Source of the DNA: an uncultured Candidatus Saccharibacteria bacterium
Lineage (GTDB): Bacteria > Patescibacteriota > Doudnabacteria > UBA920
DNA: 64,000 nucleotides
Direction: 5' to 3'
Assembly: GCA_964650255.1 (NCBI GenBank)
Contig: CAZYQT010000003.1
Span: 14,619 to 78,618 of the forward strand
The notes under the pieces: model-generated
What the model saw: only the letters and a program-made list of their open reading frames with translations
The model's database searches: none
Told to the model about the DNA's origin: nothing
Part shown: positions 45,854 through 56,253 of the stretch, piece by piece
Layout: each line of letters begins with the position of its first letter
How positions within the stretch are numbered: position 1 is the first letter of the stretch
Position numbers and translations under genes: made by a program

Positions 45854-46468
45854 ATGGAACACAATGATAATAACTTTGTCCGGCCCATTAATTATTCTGG
45901 GCTATTAACTAACCTTGGGCCAATAAGTCCCGAGCATGATTTGCCATTTTTGTGGCAATGGATTAATGATCCTGAGGTTGCTAAGTATACCTTGGCGATC
46001 TGGCCCACTCATCTTTATGCTGAGAAAGAGTATGTTGAGAATTTGCACAAGAAAGACAATGATGCAACATTTGCTTTGGAAGCTAAAGAAGAAAAGAAAT
46101 TCATCGGCATGATGGGACTGCATAACATCAGTTACCGAAACGGTACTGCTGTTACAGGTGCAATAATCGGTGATGCTGAATTTCGAGGAAAGCGTTATGG
46201 CGGCGATGCTAAAATGCATCTTCTGTACCACGCTTTCGAGGTCTTGGGTTTGCGGAAAGTTTGTTCGGCAGTGAAAGCTTACAACGTACGGAGCCTTCGC
46301 TACCTAAAAACTAGCGGCTACGAAGTAGAGGGAGTTCGTAAAGAAATGTTCTATTTCGAGGGTTGTTACCATGATGAAATTTTGTTAAGCATCACTCGGA
46401 AAGACTTTTTGCCAAAATGGCGAAAGTACAAAAAGGTGCTGGAAAAAGCAAATGATCTGAAATCGTGA
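45854..46468 (+). CDS. GNAT acetyltransferase (RimJ/RimL/SpeG-like); start MEHNDN
   Basis: GGAGG SD; WINDPEV, IG..EFRGKRYG, AF..LGLRKV, N.RS...L...GY..EG. Confidence 0.88.
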   Translation: MEHNDNNFVRPINYSGLLTNLGPISPEHDLPFLWQWINDPEVAKYTLAIWPTHLYAEKEYVENLHKKDNDATFALEAKEEKKFIGMMGLHNISYRNGTAVTGAIIGDAEFRGKRYGGDAKMHLLYHAFEVLGLRKVCSAVKAYNVRSLRYLKTSGYEVEGVRKEMFYFEGCYHDEILLSITRKDFLPKWRKYKKVLEKANDLKS

Positions 46469-46543
46469 TTGAGTGGCGCGTAACTTTACGCGCCCCTTTA
46501 TTCTCTATTTGAGAAACTAATCATTAATCGGTATAATGAGGCA

Positions 46544-47983
46544 ATGACACAGGGAAATTCAGAAAAATTTTATATAACCACAGCGATTGACTACATTAAT
46601 GGCAAGCCGCATATTGGTCATTCTTACGAAAAAGTAGCTGCCGATGTGCTAGCGCGTTTTTACCGTTCCAGACTTGGAACTGATAATGTTCGTTTTTTAA
46701 CTGGCACAGATGAGCATGGGGCAAAGATTGCGGAGTATGCGGCTCAGTCGGAACTGTCTCTCGGTGAATTTGCCGACCAGACCTCGGCGTTTTTCAAAGT
46801 TGCTTGGGATAATTTGAATGTGTCGTATAATCGTTTTATCCGCACCACGGACGAAGATCATGTAAAAGTTGTAGAAGACTTCATTGCCAAAATTAAAGAC
46901 AACGGCTATTTGTATGAGGACGACTACGAAGGGTTGTACTGTGTTGGGCACGAAGCGTTTTTAACAGAAAAAGATTTGGTTGATGGCTTATGCCCTGATC
47001 ATAAAACTAAACCGCAAATCATTAAAGAAAAAAATTGGTTTTTTCAAGTTTCAGAGTTTACAGATGCGATTAAGTTGAAAATCGAAGCTGGCGAATTCAA
47101 TATTTACCCGCAATCTGCACGTAAAGAAATTTTGAGCATGCTCAATGAAGGCTTTAACGATATTGCGGTGACCAGGCCGAACGTAAAGTGGGGTATTCCT
47201 GTTCCTTGGGATAAAGAGCAAACTATTTATGTGTGGGTGGATGCGTTAATAAATTATTTTACTGGCGCGCAAACAGAAAATGGAGCAAATTTTTGGCCAG
47301 CAGATGTGCATGTTATTGGTCCAGACATTGCAAAGTTTCACTGTATAATTTGGCCGGCCTTACTTTTGGCTGCTGGTTACGATATGCCAAAGGGCGTGGC
47401 TGTGCATGGGTTTCTGACTTTAAATAATCAGAAAATTTCTAAAACCACAGGCAATATTATTGATCCAAATGAATGGGTGGAAAAGTATGGTGCCGATGCG
47501 GTGCGTTACTTTTTGCTACGCGAAGTACCGTTTGATTCTCATGGCGATGTTAGTGAAGAAAAGTTGCGTGCGCGCTACGACGGCGACTTGGCTAATGGCT
47601 TAGGGAATTTGGTTAGCCGTGTTACAACCTTGGTTGAAAAATATTTAGATGGAGTGATCCCGCGTGGGACTGTGCCTGATCAGGTTGATGTTCCGGCAGC
47701 AATTGAAGAACCAATTCAAAATTTTCGTTTCCACGAAGCTCTCGCTGAGATTTGGAAAGAAGTTGCACGCGCTAATAAAATTGTTGATGAAACAAAATTA
47801 TGGGAATTGGGAAAAACAGACTTAGAAGAATTTGCTCGTGTAGCAAAAGAAGTCTTGGTAATTATTGAAACCGTTGCCAAACAGTTATTGCCATTTATTC
47901 CAGAGTCTGCGCAAAAGATTTTGGATGCTGTGCAAGCCGAAAAAATTACTAAAGTGGAACCATTGTTTCCGAGAATTGGATAG
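46544..47983 (+). CDS. metG: Methionine--tRNA ligase
   Basis: YITTAIDY.NG.PHIGH, TGTDEHG, YVWVDALINY, KISKT. Confidence 0.96.
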   Translation: MTQGNSEKFYITTAIDYINGKPHIGHSYEKVAADVLARFYRSRLGTDNVRFLTGTDEHGAKIAEYAAQSELSLGEFADQTSAFFKVAWDNLNVSYNRFIRTTDEDHVKVVEDFIAKIKDNGYLYEDDYEGLYCVGHEAFLTEKDLVDGLCPDHKTKPQIIKEKNWFFQVSEFTDAIKLKIEAGEFNIYPQSARKEILSMLNEGFNDIAVTRPNVKWGIPVPWDKEQTIYVWVDALINYFTGAQTENGANFWPADVHVIGPDIAKFHCIIWPALLLAAGYDMPKGVAVHGFLTLNNQKISKTTGNIIDPNEWVEKYGADAVRYFLLREVPFDSHGDVSEEKLRARYDGDLANGLGNLVSRVTTLVEKYLDGVIPRGTVPDQVDVPAAIEEPIQNFRFHEALAEIWKEVARANKIVDETKLWELGKTDLEEFARVAKEVLVIIETVAKQLLPFIPESAQKILDAVQAEKITKVEPLFPRIG

Positions 47984-47985
47984 CT

Positions 47986-48576
47986 ATGCAAGTTGAATTT
48001 GAAGCAACTTTTGAAAAAATAGATAAGGACCAAATTCGCCAAAAGCTAAAATCAATTGGAGCGACTTTGGTGCGTGGGGAATACATGCAAAAGCGATCTG
48101 TTTTTAATATGCCTGCAGGTCATGATATTAAGGGTGGCTGGCTTCGAGTTAGGGATGAGGGCGATAAAATTACTATGAGTTTAAAAGCGGTAGATGGAGA
48201 AGGTATAGAAAGTCAAAAAGAAATTGAAATTACCGTTAGCAATTTTGATGACGCTGTGGCATTGTTAGAAAATATTGGTTGCAAGAAAAAGGCCTATCAA
48301 GAATCTTTACGTGAACTTTGGCAATTAAATAACGTTGATATCACTATTGATGAGTGGCCATTTTTAGAACCATTTGTTGAGGTTGAAGGGAAGTCGGAAA
48401 AAGACGTGAGAGAAGTCGCCGAAAATTTAGGTTTTGACTATTCCGAAGCTTTGTTTGATTCAGTGGATGCCCAATACAGCGAAAAGTACAATATTAGCAA
48501 AGAGGCAGTCAACCAACGCACTCCTGAGATTTTATTCGATATGGAAAACCCATTTCTTAACCGCACTGATCAATGA
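47986..48576 (+). CDS. CYTH domain protein
   Basis: EFE at the N-terminus; WLRVRDEG; FVEVEG. Confidence 0.88.
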   Translation: MQVEFEATFEKIDKDQIRQKLKSIGATLVRGEYMQKRSVFNMPAGHDIKGGWLRVRDEGDKITMSLKAVDGEGIESQKEIEITVSNFDDAVALLENIGCKKKAYQESLRELWQLNNVDITIDEWPFLEPFVEVEGKSEKDVREVAENLGFDYSEALFDSVDAQYSEKYNISKEAVNQRTPEILFDMENPFLNRTDQ

Positions 48577-49436
48577 AATTCATAGACACGCACACCCATA
48601 TAAATTTACGGGCTTTTAAAGACGATGCCGAAGCTGCTATTCAACGTGCCTTAGACGCAGGGGTTGCTATAGTTAATGTTGGCACTCAAATTGATACCAG
48701 CCGCCAAGCCGTGGAACTTTTAGAAAAATTTGATCAAGATGTATATGCAGTTATTGGCCTTCACCCAGTGCACACTTACGCGCATGATTTTGAAGATGAA
48801 GAAGAGGTAAAATTCAAAACCCGAGAAGAGAGTTTCGAGCAAGCATTGTATCAAGAACTATTACAGTCTCCGCATGCAGAACGCATTGTTGGAATTGGGG
48901 AGTGTGGCTTAGATTATTATCGCTTGCCAGAAGATCGTGATCATAAAGAAATCAAACAGTTACAGCGAACAGCTTTTGAAAAACAAATTCAATTTGCGTT
49001 AGAAAATAACAAAGCCTTGTGTGTTCACTGCAGACCAACAGACGGCACTGCCGATGCCTATGAAGATTTACTAGAAATAATCAAACAAACTATGTCGCAA
49101 AATCCAGAACTTCGTTTCGAAGTTCACTGCTTTACCGGCGATGCGGCAACAGCTTTAAAATTTACAGATCTCGGCGGCTTTATTGGTTTAAACGGTATTA
49201 TTACTTTTGATAAAACAGAGCGCAGTAAGGAAGTAGTGCAGGCTGTGCCACTAGAAAATATTATTTTAGAAACAGACGCACCATACCTTTCACCAAAGTC
49301 TATGCGCGGCAAGCGCAACGAACCTTCTTACTTGCCTGAGGTTGCAGAGAAAATAGCTGAGTGGAAAAATATTTCTTTAGAAGAAGTTGCAGCTCAAACT
49401 ACAGTGAATGCAAAAAAACTTTTTAATATTGCATAA
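48573..49436 (+). CDS. tatD: TatD family nuclease
   Basis: IDTHTH, GLHP, IGECGLDY, HCF, LETDAPYL.P, RNEP. Confidence 0.94.
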   Translation: MKFIDTHTHINLRAFKDDAEAAIQRALDAGVAIVNVGTQIDTSRQAVELLEKFDQDVYAVIGLHPVHTYAHDFEDEEEVKFKTREESFEQALYQELLQSPHAERIVGIGECGLDYYRLPEDRDHKEIKQLQRTAFEKQIQFALENNKALCVHCRPTDGTADAYEDLLEIIKQTMSQNPELRFEVHCFTGDAATALKFTDLGGFIGLNGIITFDKTERSKEVVQAVPLENIILETDAPYLSPKSMRGKRNEPSYLPEVAEKIAEWKNISLEEVAAQTTVNAKKLFNIA

Positions 49437-50032
49437 TGGAAATTGACGGACTGATCAAATTCATCGAGCTAACAAATCGATTTCGTGAAATTGAAAGGGT
49501 TATCTTAATAAAAGGGTCAGATAGATTTGAAAATGATCTCGAGCATTCGTATCAGCTTGCAATTTGTGCGTGGTATGTAATTACTACAAAGAAGCTACCG
49601 TTAAGTGTTGAGAAAGCCATGAAGTATGCATTGGTTCACGATTTGGTGGAAGTGTATGCTGGTGATGTATTTTTCTATGATCAAGAAGATCCAGCAGTGG
49701 CACAGAGAAAGAAGGAGAGGGAAAAAGAAGCTGTAGACATGTTGCGCAAAGAATTTCAGGAGTTCCCTGATATGGCTGACTTTATTGATAATTATCAGAA
49801 TAAGTCTGAAGAAGAAAGCAGATTTGTTTATGCTTTAGATAAAATTATCTCGCCTATAAATATTTATCTTGATGGCGGACGGATATGGCATCAACACAAT
49901 ATTACATTGGAGAAGCTTTATAAGGCCAAAAAACCCAAAGCCGATGCTTACCCGGAGGTGGGGAAATATTTTGATGAGCTCAAAGAAATTTTGGACAAGC
50001 ATCCAGATTTTTTCCCGGGAGAAGTTAAGTGA
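49436..50032 (+). CDS. HD domain hydrolase (HD_3)
   Basis: ENDLEHSY, ALVHDLVEVYAGD, ALDK. Confidence 0.9.
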   Translation: MEIDGLIKFIELTNRFREIERVILIKGSDRFENDLEHSYQLAICAWYVITTKKLPLSVEKAMKYALVHDLVEVYAGDVFFYDQEDPAVAQRKKEREKEAVDMLRKEFQEFPDMADFIDNYQNKSEEESRFVYALDKIISPINIYLDGGRIWHQHNITLEKLYKAKKPKADAYPEVGKYFDELKEILDKHPDFFPGEVK

Positions 50033-50595
50033 ACTATTCAAGAGAGCAAGCAATAGATTTAATTTTGCAGCACCGACCAGATTGTCCTAGGGAGGTTGTT
50101 GAATCTTTGGTGCTATTGGATGTAAATTTTTTTGGTTTTGACAATCAAATACACGACGGGCAAATTGTTGTGCATAAAGATTTAATGCAAGACACTTTGG
50201 ATTTGTTTCAATTCATGCTAGAAAAAAAATTTCCACTGCAAGAAGTTTCGCCAATTGTAAAATACAATTGGGACGATGAAGTATCGATGTCGGCAAACAA
50301 TAGCTCCGCGTTTAATTATAGGACTATCATTAATACAGATAGGATTTCTTTGCACGGGCTTGGGCGCGCGATTGATATCAATCCAAAAATCAATCCAGTG
50401 ATAACTGGGTTAAAGCCTGAACAAATCAAAATTACCCAACCAGCGAATGGTACTTACGACCCCTCTGCGCCAGGGACTTTATTTACTGGTCACGAGGTAG
50501 TGGAATTTATGAAGGCGCGTGGTTGGGAATGGGGAGGTGACTGGCACGACCAAAAAGGTTATAAAGATTATCAGCATTTTCAAAAGCCAAGCTAA
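50029..50595 (+). CDS. M15 family peptidoglycan peptidase
   Basis: NNSSAFNYR, SLH..G.AIDINP, GWEWGGDW, DYQHF. Confidence 0.9.
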   Translation: MNYSREQAIDLILQHRPDCPREVVESLVLLDVNFFGFDNQIHDGQIVVHKDLMQDTLDLFQFMLEKKFPLQEVSPIVKYNWDDEVSMSANNSSAFNYRTIINTDRISLHGLGRAIDINPKINPVITGLKPEQIKITQPANGTYDPSAPGTLFTGHEVVEFMKARGWEWGGDWHDQKGYKDYQHFQKPS

Positions 50596-50642
50596 AGCTG
50601 ATATAATAATATTGATCGGTAACTTTCAGAAACCAAAAACAA

Positions 50643-51797
50643 ATGACATTTCACGAACACTTTCACCTACCACATTATTTTACTGCGAAAATTCGCGGTC
50701 AGATTGAGCACTTGTATGCATCAGTGGCAATTGCCAATTTGTCCCAAGCAATTATTACCTTGTTTGAGCCAATTTTTTTATACCACGTGGTTGGTTTAAC
50801 GGTGGTGCAGTTGTTGTTATTTGTTGCAGCAGTATACGCACTTTATATTTTATTGATTCCTTTCGGTGGCAAAATTGCGGCAAGGTTTGGATACGCGCAT
50901 GCTATTTTCTTTAGTATTCCATTCCAAGTATTATTTTGGTTTTTGATTCTAGGTTCAGAAAAAAATGTCTTACTGCTAATCCCAGCAGCTCTGGCCTTCG
51001 CTATTCAAAAGTCTTTATATTGGCCAGCTTTGCACGCCACGCTAGCCCGGTTTTCGAAGAAGAAACAAATGGCTCGTGAGTTTAGCATGATGTATGCCAT
51101 TATGAATCTAATGCAAATCGTCGGCCCAATGATCGGCGGATTTTTATCTGCAATATGGGGTATCGAAGTGATTTTTATCATTAGTTCGATAGTTTATTTT
51201 TGTTCAGCTATCCCGTTATTTTGGTCCAAAGAAAAATTTATTTATAAACCGTATCGATTTCATGACACGTGGGCATTATACAAAAAATATCCCACAAGAT
51301 TTTTTGGCTATTTGGGCTTCGGAGAAGAAATGTTGGTGTTAACAATTTGGCCGGTATTTATGTTTATGATACTTAACAACTACCAAGACACTGGTTCTTT
51401 GGTAACAGTTGCGACTTTGGTGGCCACTGGACTTGGTTTGTATATAGGGTTTTATACAGATAAACATAGCAAACATTCATTGCTGAGGGCAGGGACATTA
51501 ATTTACGCTTTGACTTGGCTGGCACGTATTCCGGTAATTTCTGCTTTCGGAGCATTTATTACTGATGCGTTATCGCGCACGACCAAGAGCTTGGTGTTCA
51601 TACCAGCATCAACCATTACTTACGAAAACGCTGAGAATACTCACATCATGCCTTACATTGTCGGTTTCGAGCAGATGTTGTCAGTCGGTAAGCTTTTTGC
51701 GGCTTTGTTGGGTATGGTTGTGTTCGCGGCAACCGGTAGTTTTGTAGCGCTATTCATTTTAGCGGCCGTGTTCTCATTATTCTACTTTTTGATATAA
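50643..51797 (+). CDS. MFS transporter
   Basis: About 12 TM; GGKIAARFG motif A-like. Confidence 0.82.
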   Translation: MTFHEHFHLPHYFTAKIRGQIEHLYASVAIANLSQAIITLFEPIFLYHVVGLTVVQLLLFVAAVYALYILLIPFGGKIAARFGYAHAIFFSIPFQVLFWFLILGSEKNVLLLIPAALAFAIQKSLYWPALHATLARFSKKKQMAREFSMMYAIMNLMQIVGPMIGGFLSAIWGIEVIFIISSIVYFCSAIPLFWSKEKFIYKPYRFHDTWALYKKYPTRFFGYLGFGEEMLVLTIWPVFMFMILNNYQDTGSLVTVATLVATGLGLYIGFYTDKHSKHSLLRAGTLIYALTWLARIPVISAFGAFITDALSRTTKSLVFIPASTITYENAENTHIMPYIVGFEQMLSVGKLFAALLGMVVFAATGSFVALFILAAVFSLFYFLI

Positions 51798-51855
51798 ACA
51801 TTAGTAATATCTGGTTGTGTTTGTAAACCTGGCGTTTCCTGGTATATTTAAGAGT

Positions 51856-53109
51856 ATGAGATTAGACTTTTTAGAAAAAATTGATCCAAATGTAGCAGAT
51901 ATTATTCACGCCGAAGAACAGCGCCAAAAAGAGGGAATTGAAATGGTTCCATCGGAGAATTACGTGTCGAGCGCGGTTTTAGAAGCTTTGGGTAGCGTGC
52001 TAACGAATAAATATTCAGAAGGTTATCCTGGCAAGCGCTATTACGGCGGTCAACCGAATACTGATGCAATTGAGTCTTTGGCAATTAATCGGGCCAAAGA
52101 ATTATTTAAAGCTGAACACGCCAATGTGCAAACACATTCGGGGGCACCGGCTAACATTGCGGTGTATTTAGCGTTATTGCAGCCGGGCGATACAGTTTTG
52201 GGTATGGATTTGTCGCATGGTGGTCATTTAACGCATGGCCATCCTGTCACTCAAGCCGCCAAGTTTTACAACTTCATTCGTTACAAAATGAAAGATGTTA
52301 ATACTGGTGAAATAGATTATGATCAGCTGCGCGAAATGGCGTTAAAGGAAAAGCCGAAAATTATTTTGGCTGGCTTTTCTAGTTACCCACGAGAAATTGA
52401 TTATGCAAAAATGAAAGCTATTGCTGACGAAGTCGGGGCAGTAACTATGATGGACGCCGCGCATATTGCAGGACTTATAGCAGCAGGGGAACTGCGTAAT
52501 CCCTTTGATGATGGTTTCGACATAATTACTTCTACCACCCACAAAACTTTGCGTGGTCCGCGCGGCGGTTTGATTATGTGCAAAAAAGATTTTGCTCCAG
52601 CAATAGACAAAGCTGTGTTCCCGGGTTTGCAAGGCGGCCCGCATATGAACAATGTAGCTGCTAAGGCGGTAGCATTTGGTGAGGCTTTGCAACCAGAGTT
52701 TAAAGTTTATGCCAAGCAGGTCCTGAGTAATGCACAAGCTTTGGCGAGTGCACTGCAAGAGCGTGGTGCTCAATTGGTGACTGGCGGCACCAGCAATCAC
52801 ATGATGCTAATTGATACAGTGGCATCTTACAATTTACCAGGAAAATTTGTTCAGGACCTACTCGATGAAGTGGGAATTACTCTGAACAAAAATGTTTTAC
52901 CAGACGATCCGCGTGGTCCGCTCGATCCGAGTGGGGTCAGGCTGGGTACCCCAGCGATTACTACTCGTGGCGCAAAAGAAGATGATATGGTTAAAATCGC
53001 AGATTGGATTGTACAAACGATTAAAAATCCAGAAGACAAAGTTTTGCATGAAAAAATTAAAGCGGAAGTGCGTGAATTCAGTTTGCAAATTCCTGTGCCA
53101 GGAGTTTAA
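51856..53109 (+). CDS. glyA: Serine hydroxymethyltransferase (start MRLDFL)
   Basis: SENY, LTNKYSEGYPGKRYYGG, GGHLTHG, TTHKTLRGPRGG. Confidence 0.97.
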   Translation: MRLDFLEKIDPNVADIIHAEEQRQKEGIEMVPSENYVSSAVLEALGSVLTNKYSEGYPGKRYYGGQPNTDAIESLAINRAKELFKAEHANVQTHSGAPANIAVYLALLQPGDTVLGMDLSHGGHLTHGHPVTQAAKFYNFIRYKMKDVNTGEIDYDQLREMALKEKPKIILAGFSSYPREIDYAKMKAIADEVGAVTMMDAAHIAGLIAAGELRNPFDDGFDIITSTTHKTLRGPRGGLIMCKKDFAPAIDKAVFPGLQGGPHMNNVAAKAVAFGEALQPEFKVYAKQVLSNAQALASALQERGAQLVTGGTSNHMMLIDTVASYNLPGKFVQDLLDEVGITLNKNVLPDDPRGPLDPSGVRLGTPAITTRGAKEDDMVKIADWIVQTIKNPEDKVLHEKIKAEVREFSLQIPVPGV

Positions 53110-53111
53110 TA

Positions 53112-53918
53112 ATGGAAATATTTCAAGCGTTTATTTTGGGAATGGTTCAAGGGTTGGGTGAGTTTTTGCCCATCTCCAGTTCGGCACACTTAATCCTTGC
53201 GCCGTGGTTGTTCAAATGGACCGACCCAGGTTTAGCTTTCGACGTTGCATTGCATTGGGGAACGCTACTGGCTGTAGTCGCGTATTTTTATAAGGAAATA
53301 TGGAAAATATTTCTCGGTTTTATGCGTTCCCTTACCAAGAAAGGCCGTGATATTAAAAATGATATTTATCAGCGCCTAGCCTGGCTGCTGATCTTGGCAT
53401 CAATTCCTGGAGCAATAATAGGAAAGTTGTTAGAACAGCAAGCAGAAACAAGTTTCCGTAGCCCCATTTTAATTGCCGGCACTTTGGCGGTGGTGGGCGT
53501 AATTTTGTGGCTATCAGATTTATACGGCCGGAAGCAAAAAGATATTGAACATATTAAGTGGTTGAATGCGCTTATCATTGGATTTAGTCAAGCGCTAGCA
53601 ATTATCCCTGGCGTATCTCGAAGTGGCGCGACTATTACTGCTGGACTTCTACAGGGATTCAAAAGAGAAGATGCGGCCAAGTTCAGCTTTTTAATGTCTA
53701 TCCCCATTATACTTGGGGCCGGAATTTTTAAATTACCTGAGATTGCTAACATTCAAAATACAGGTGCCTTAGCGGTTGGATTTATTTCATCAGCAGTGTT
53801 TGGGTTTTTGGCTATCAAGTTTATGCTTCAATATTTAGCACATCGTACTTACGCGATTTTTGCTTGGTATAGATTTGCCCTTGCGTTAATAATTGTTTTG
53901 GTTTATTACTTTCGTTAA
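53112..53918 (+). CDS. uppP: Undecaprenyl-diphosphatase
   Basis: QGLGEFLPISSSAHL; IPGVSRSGATI. Confidence 0.95.
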   Translation: MEIFQAFILGMVQGLGEFLPISSSAHLILAPWLFKWTDPGLAFDVALHWGTLLAVVAYFYKEIWKIFLGFMRSLTKKGRDIKNDIYQRLAWLLILASIPGAIIGKLLEQQAETSFRSPILIAGTLAVVGVILWLSDLYGRKQKDIEHIKWLNALIIGFSQALAIIPGVSRSGATITAGLLQGFKREDAAKFSFLMSIPIILGAGIFKLPEIANIQNTGALAVGFISSAVFGFLAIKFMLQYLAHRTYAIFAWYRFALALIIVLVYYFR

Positions 53919-53927
53919 AGTCGATAA

Positions 53928-54482
53928 GTGCAGCATGTTCCTATGATTAAGCATTCTACTTACCTTGAATATCAAGAAGCGCTTCATGGGAATAAGTTGT
54001 TCCGTGCGTTCTGGGAATTTTGGGGGAACCATTCTTTTGTATTTTTTGTTGCCGCTGGTATTTACGCGCTTGCCAATCCAGAATATGCAGTCGCTGCCAG
54101 ACAATTATCAATTTTATTGATTGCTGCTCTACTAATTGCTCGTGGCATAGTCGTGACTATCATCAATGCCATATATGAAAGACAAAGGCCATACCAAGTC
54201 TATGGTTTCGTCCCAATTACTTCTCGATTTTTTTCATTCACTACACGGATACCAAATTCATTTCCATCGCGGCATGCCACAGTTTTCTTTGCCTGGTCTA
54301 CTGTGGTGAGTTTGTTTTTCCCGGGGTTGGGTGCTGCTCTTGTGGCCGTATCTCTTGCAACAGGCGTGGCGAGGGTGGTGTTGGGGTACCATTGGTCATC
54401 AGATGTCATAGCAGGAGCTTTAATAGGTACTTTGGTGGGGTATTTAACTGTTTTGATTGGTCACCCTTTACTATTTACTTAA
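53928..54482 (+). CDS. PAP2 phosphatase
   Basis: R.RP, SFPSRH, ARV.LGYHW.SDV. Confidence 0.88.
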   Translation: MQHVPMIKHSTYLEYQEALHGNKLFRAFWEFWGNHSFVFFVAAGIYALANPEYAVAARQLSILLIAALLIARGIVVTIINAIYERQRPYQVYGFVPITSRFFSFTTRIPNSFPSRHATVFFAWSTVVSLFFPGLGAALVAVSLATGVARVVLGYHWSSDVIAGALIGTLVGYLTVLIGHPLLFT

Positions 54483-54522
54483 AGGTTAAAATTTGCTAAA
54501 ATTGTAAGGATTTTAGTAATTA

Positions 54523-54608
54523 GCCGGCGTGGTGGAATGGGATACACGAACGACTCAAAATCGTTTGTCCTTACGGACATGTGGGTTCGACTCCCACCGC
54601 CGGCACCA
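54523..54608 (+). tRNA. tRNA-Leu(CAA)
   Basis: GCCGGCG/CGCCGGC-ACCA; AACGA-CTCAAAA-TCGTT; long variable arm. Confidence 0.95.
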
Positions 54609-54614
54609 AAATAA

Positions 54615-55214
54615 ATGTATTACACAAAACCCGTCAAATGGAATAGAGAAGTCTTGGCTTATCTTGTTGGTGTGGGTTTAGGTGATGGAAACCTATCTAA
54701 GGTAAACGGTAGAGCTGTTAGGTTAAGGATATCTTGTGATTTAAAGTATCCTTTTTTGATTACAGAAATTATCGCTGCTATTAAATATGTTTTACCAGAA
54801 AGCAGTGTTGGTTTAGTTCCCAATAGTAGAAGGTGCGTCAATATTGTATCGTATTCAAACTACTGGGAAACAATACTTGGCTGGAAAGCTCTATTGGGTA
54901 GCAAGTTTGCACAGAATGCTCGCGTACCCGATTGGATTTGGTATAAAGATGAATATGTTAAAGCTTGCTTAAAGGGATTGATTGAAACTGATGGATCAAT
55001 TTACAATGATCGCGGATATCCCATGGTTATGTTTACTAATGTTGTTAAGGATTTAGCAATGGATGTTTTTGAAATGATGCAATGGCTTGGATATAAGCCT
55101 AAGGTTTATAGTATGTTGCCAAAGTCTGAATTTAATAGACAGAGATTTTATCATGTTCGTCTTTCTAGACAAGTGCAAGATTTTTTAAATTTAATTCAAC
55201 CAGTAAAAGCTTGA
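54615..55214 (+). CDS. Free-standing two-motif LAGLIDADG endonuclease-like protein
   Basis: LAYLVGVGLGDGNL and CLKGLIETDGSI; VPDWI. Confidence 0.85.
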   Translation: MYYTKPVKWNREVLAYLVGVGLGDGNLSKVNGRAVRLRISCDLKYPFLITEIIAAIKYVLPESSVGLVPNSRRCVNIVSYSNYWETILGWKALLGSKFAQNARVPDWIWYKDEYVKACLKGLIETDGSIYNDRGYPMVMFTNVVKDLAMDVFEMMQWLGYKPKVYSMLPKSEFNRQRFYHVRLSRQVQDFLNLIQPVKA

Positions 55215-55215
55215 T

Positions 55216-56214
55216 ATGGACAGTATTGTACCGCACCAGCAGCCCCCTGAGCCGCAACCAGATTTTATTGAAGAGTTTGATGATCTAGTATCAAGCTCTG
55301 ATTTTGTTGCCACACAACAAGATGCACCTGTGGTGGATACCAGTGTACCGATGGAAGCTTCGACGGAAGCACCAACCGAAAAAGTTTCTTACGCGGATAG
55401 CAGTATTCAAGAATTGGATATTGCGTCGATTGTAGCTAACCCGTATCAGCCACGCACACAGTTTAAACCTGAGGCTCTCCAAGAATTGGCCGACTCGATT
55501 AAAGAGCATGGCGTGATTCAGCCTTTGGTAGTGACAGAAACTCCAAATGGTTTTGAGTTGGTAGTGGGGGAGCGACGTTTTCGTGCGTCACAGCTTGCAG
55601 GCTTAACCAAAGTGCCAGCGATTGTGAAAAAAACTTTGCACGATCAAACTAAGTTAGAAGTTGCGCTCATTGAAAATATTCAACGGCAAGAATTAAACGC
55701 CATCGAAGAAGCGCGCGGTTATGATCGATTAATTAAATCTTTTAACTTAACTCAGGATCAGGTTGCAAAAAAAGTGGGCAAGTCTCGCAGTGCTGTGGCC
55801 AACACCTTGCGATTATTAAACTTGCCAGCCGAAATTCAGCGGGGTGTTATTGAAGGAAAGATTACCGAAGGCCACGGTCGCGCAATTTTAGGATTAGGCG
55901 ACAGCATGGAAAAAATGATTTTGATGTATCAGACTATTCAAGATCAAGGCTGGAATGTTCGCCAGGTGGAAGCTAAGGTGCGTGAAATCACTGTGAAGCG
56001 CAGGATCGATGCTGCCACCCCAGATCCAAAACTAATGGCTATTGAAACCGAATTACGTGGCAAGCTGGGTGCGCAAGTGAAAATCCAACGCCAGGGCCGC
56101 GGCGGTAAAATTACAATCGACTTTTTCAGCGATGAAGATTTAGATGAAATCTTACAAAGAATTCGCGAAGAGCAAAGCGGTAATATAGATCAAGATAATT
56201 ATTTAGTTGTTTAA
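55216..56214 (+). CDS. parB: Chromosome partitioning protein ParB/Spo0J
   Basis: NPYQPR, GVIQPLVV, GERRFRA, ENIQR..LN.IEEA; HTH KSRSAVAN.LRL. Confidence 0.95.
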   Translation: MDSIVPHQQPPEPQPDFIEEFDDLVSSSDFVATQQDAPVVDTSVPMEASTEAPTEKVSYADSSIQELDIASIVANPYQPRTQFKPEALQELADSIKEHGVIQPLVVTETPNGFELVVGERRFRASQLAGLTKVPAIVKKTLHDQTKLEVALIENIQRQELNAIEEARGYDRLIKSFNLTQDQVAKKVGKSRSAVANTLRLLNLPAEIQRGVIEGKITEGHGRAILGLGDSMEKMILMYQTIQDQGWNVRQVEAKVREITVKRRIDAATPDPKLMAIETELRGKLGAQVKIQRQGRGGKITIDFFSDEDLDEILQRIREEQSGNIDQDNYLVV

Positions 56215-56253
56215 AAAAACTTGGCCACTCGCCAAGCTTTTTTTAAAAGTGGT

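Noticed and set aside
54523-55214. Group I intron or intein hosting the LAGLIDADG ORF
   Set aside because: The tRNA is uninterrupted, flanks are only 6 and 1 nt, and no intein splicing residues or host exteins are present.
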